DNA of 64,000 nt, taken from assembly GCA_002633005.1 (NCBI GenBank), contig NMRA01000123.1, forward strand, positions 770,656-834,655. Direction: 5' to 3'. Position 1 is the first letter of the stretch, and the number at the start of each line of letters is the position of its first letter. The stretch comes from Phoronis australis (taxonomy: Eukaryota > Animalia > Phoronida). Positions 62,001 to 64,000 of this stretch are shown here, piece after piece. Both the position numbers and the translations under genes were made by a program. The notes beneath the pieces are model-generated. The model was not told the DNA's origin, made no database searches, and saw only the letters and a program-made list of their open reading frames with translations.

Positions 62001-63617
62001 AAAATGCACCAAGCATAACTTTTGATTTATGACATCGTGTGCACTCTAGATTTAAAGCTCAGCTGCAGAACAAGGTCTTTGACATTCGTTCAAAAGGTGC
62101 TGGGCTTCGATGATTTGATTTGAAAAACATGTATGTAAACAACCTGTAATGCCAATTGAACCTGAAGCCCCCGAATGAATGTAGTAGCAGTTCATTTTCA
62201 CTTAGGCGTCTTGCGATTACAGGAAGGTGTACTAAATTTCAGAAACGACAACCTGTAAGAACTGCGATCGTTCTAGTCTACTGTTTCAGGATTACATGTC
62301 ATTTTACCGCAGAGCCACGCCCCTTTCCCATTATTACGCTTCGCACTTCAGGGATCAGTTTGAAAGAGCAACAAATGCAAGTTCTGTAAAAAACGAATTT
62401 TAGCTTAGTGTTATAAAGCCGGTTCCATTTAAGGTGATGGTCTGATAAAACATGCCCGAATTTTGAGAACCAGTTTTCTCCACTGAATAATGGCCATCAA
62501 ACTGGTTCTCAAAATACGGGCACGTTATATAGTCCTTCAGACGAGGCCCATTTTAACATGCTCAACACGGCGAATTAGTTTTGGTTCGTCAAGGAAGTGT
62601 AGCCGTCGGGGCTTCAGGCGATTTCTTGTAGCCAATTTCATTTCAAACAAAGCATACGAACGCCATGACGTTGCTGTGAATCAGAAAATGTGCCAGAGAA
62701 GAACGAGAACGGGATGCTTTAAACGCAATTATAGTCACAGCGATGTCTAGCGCGCGCTGTGCACACATGGTTTCAGTTACGTAGTACTACATCTAGTGGA
62801 AATCCTATTATAGTGCCGCGGGCTTGTCCAAAATATCCCAGAAGTCCAGTTATAGTGTGCATTGAACCCTGAAAACACATTTTTATTTATTCCGTTTGGC
62901 AAATGTACAGAAAAGAATACGAGGCCCTGATAAAGTACGCCGGCGCAGTTCTCTCTCGAGTCACAGGCTGGAGATGAATTGAAATAAATTGCTTGGATTG
63001 CATACGTTGTACGTTGTTCAAGTATCGAACTTAGCTGTGCATTACCGTAATAAAATAAAGCAATCAGCCATAAAGCACTTTCAGAGAAAATCAAGAAACA
63101 TTGCACACGCACTGCGGGACAGATGCTCCTTGTTCGATTCACAAAAACGGAACGAAACGCGTGAAATTAGTTTTTGATATTTTCTACATGTCCACAATTA
63201 ATATAACTAAATGCCTTCTGCAGAAACCCTATGTTCAAGTGATTGCATCGCCTATGTCTTATGATGTTACATTAGAATTAAGCAATTTGGATTGATCAGT
63301 TCATCAAGCTAAAGGGTTTCGAAGAGTTCGACGCTCGACCACGACCACGCCCTGTTTTCCGTTAATTCGTAAAATTCCGTGCAAATAAGCAGAAACTGAA
63401 GACTTACCTTCACGTGTTCATTCATGTTGGTCGGATCCCTATTGATGATATCACACGGCGGTTCATAGGGTTTTCTCTCCTTGGGAGCTTTCTTGGGCGC
63501 TGGTTTTGCTTTTTCATCTTTAGCGGCGTCATTTCCGTCTTTACTTTCCTCGGCTTTCGGTTCTTCAATTTTCACCTCTGTCATTTCTTTCCCTTCTACT
63601 TTTTCCATATCAGACAT
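53001..63617 (-). CDS. Caveolin (caveolin-1/3-like), 183 aa
   Basis: Exons 63617-63408, 54000-53923 and 53264-53001 total 552 nt, all phase 0. Motifs: NRDPTNMNEHVK|VTFHDVFAEP (caveolin signature FEDVIAEP), scaffolding domain FDRVWGLSYT|VFTGTKLWCYR, membrane segment LLCAIPLSVVFGIWFACLSFCNIWLWMPC and C-terminus PCYEAMGKIFSSIRV. Confidence 0.93.
53774..53836. repeat. Alternating purine-pyrimidine (GC)n/(GT)n tract in caveolin intron 2
   Basis: TGCGCGCGCGTGCGCGCGTGTGTGTGTGTGT. A degenerate (GAT/GGT)n tract lies upstream at ~53445-53660. Confidence 0.8.
54198..54355. mobile_element. MITE with CAGGGGCGGATC / AATCCGCCACTG termini and a 5-bp TSD (CATGT)
   Basis: Inverted termini with CATGT directly on both sides. 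A truncated inverted copy of one end lies at 51513-51577. Confidence 0.75.
55720..56170. repeat. Degenerate long inverted repeat, probably an old fold-back MITE
   Basis: GCTTAATTAACGCGCAGTAATGCATAATCAACGTCGCGCTGA (~55782-55823) matches the reverse complement of ~56066-56107, GCTTGATTAACGCGTAGTATTAGTTATTCAACGCCGCGCTGA. Similarity extends loosely outward, so the ends are approximate. Confidence 0.6.
58791..59037. mobile_element. PIF/Harbinger-like MITE (247 bp) with a 3-bp TSD (CTG)
   Basis: TIR AGGCTCGTTCTAACAAAACTGACTTA aligns with the reverse complement of the right end, GGGCCCGTTCCAAGAAAATGACATA. CTG lies on both flanks and the interior is rich in (C)TTAAG. Confidence 0.72.
59764..60081. 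mobile_element. Fold-back MITE (318 bp) with CAGGG...CCCTG termini and a 5-bp TSD (ATAAT)
   Basis: Left arm CAGGGAGTGGAAACGATTCTATGACCGCAGCTATCAATTCCAGCTGCGATCCC aligns with the reverse complement of the right arm, CAGGGGTTGGAAACGATTCCATGGTCGCGCCAGCGAATTCCATCTGCGATCCC. An inner pair CCAGACACGAATTCC / GAAGTTCATGTCTGG is also complementary. ATAAT flanks both ends. Confidence 0.8.
62453..62522. repeat. 70-bp hairpin with a 24-bp stem (23/24 paired)
   Basis: TGCCCGAATTTTGAGAACCAGTTT, a 22-nt spacer, then AAACTGGTTCTCAAAATACGGGCA. Confidence 0.8.
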
Positions 63618-64000
63618 GATGGGTGTGTTTTGAAGACCGAAATTCCTAAGAATGAGACAACCCTTGCAACTGGTTTTGCGTCCGCTTCTGCTGTGAGACG
63701 CTGCCTGATGCCGCGACCAACAGCCTGGTCAGCGGACGAGTCTACTTGTAAAACAATACAGGGTTGTCAGGTCACACAAAGCCCTTGTTTGTGCATTCCG
63801 CTTCCGTAGTTAGCAACATGTGCGAACCATATCCTTACATTCACTGGGGTGAATTCTTTATTATCGTAATTATCGGTAGCCCAGTAATCAACTAGATTAA
63901 TATCGCCGGCCTTTGTCAATTGGATTATAACTAACATGACAGGCAATGATTTCAATATTTCCTACGACTTACTATTTCGTGATCTTCTGTGGCAACGTTC

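Overview
AT-rich, intron-containing animal genomic DNA, most likely from a marine invertebrate; there is no prokaryotic content. Five protein-coding loci can be built by hand from splice sites and reading-frame phase. (1) An ANKRD26-like ankyrin-repeat gene on the minus strand starts at ATG 30239, has 19 exons in the window and runs off the left edge. Its 57-nt exon 14 can be extended in frame by 7,674 nt through a second, phase-compatible donor, giving a candidate ~7.7-kb giant exon. (2) ZCRB1 (U11/U12 snRNP 31K) lies on the plus strand, head-to-head with the ankyrin gene. (3) An intronless, divergent FoxQ2-like forkhead gene is nested on the same strand inside ZCRB1 intron 2, with its own CCAAT/TATA/poly(A) signals and a Cys-substituted recognition helix. 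(4) A rho-class-like glutathione S-transferase. (5) A caveolin on the minus strand. The introns carry several MITEs (3-, 5- and 8-bp TSDs and TA), a decayed LINE, minisatellites and dispersed repeats. Gene identities come from recalled protein motifs, not database searches, and no transcript data are available.
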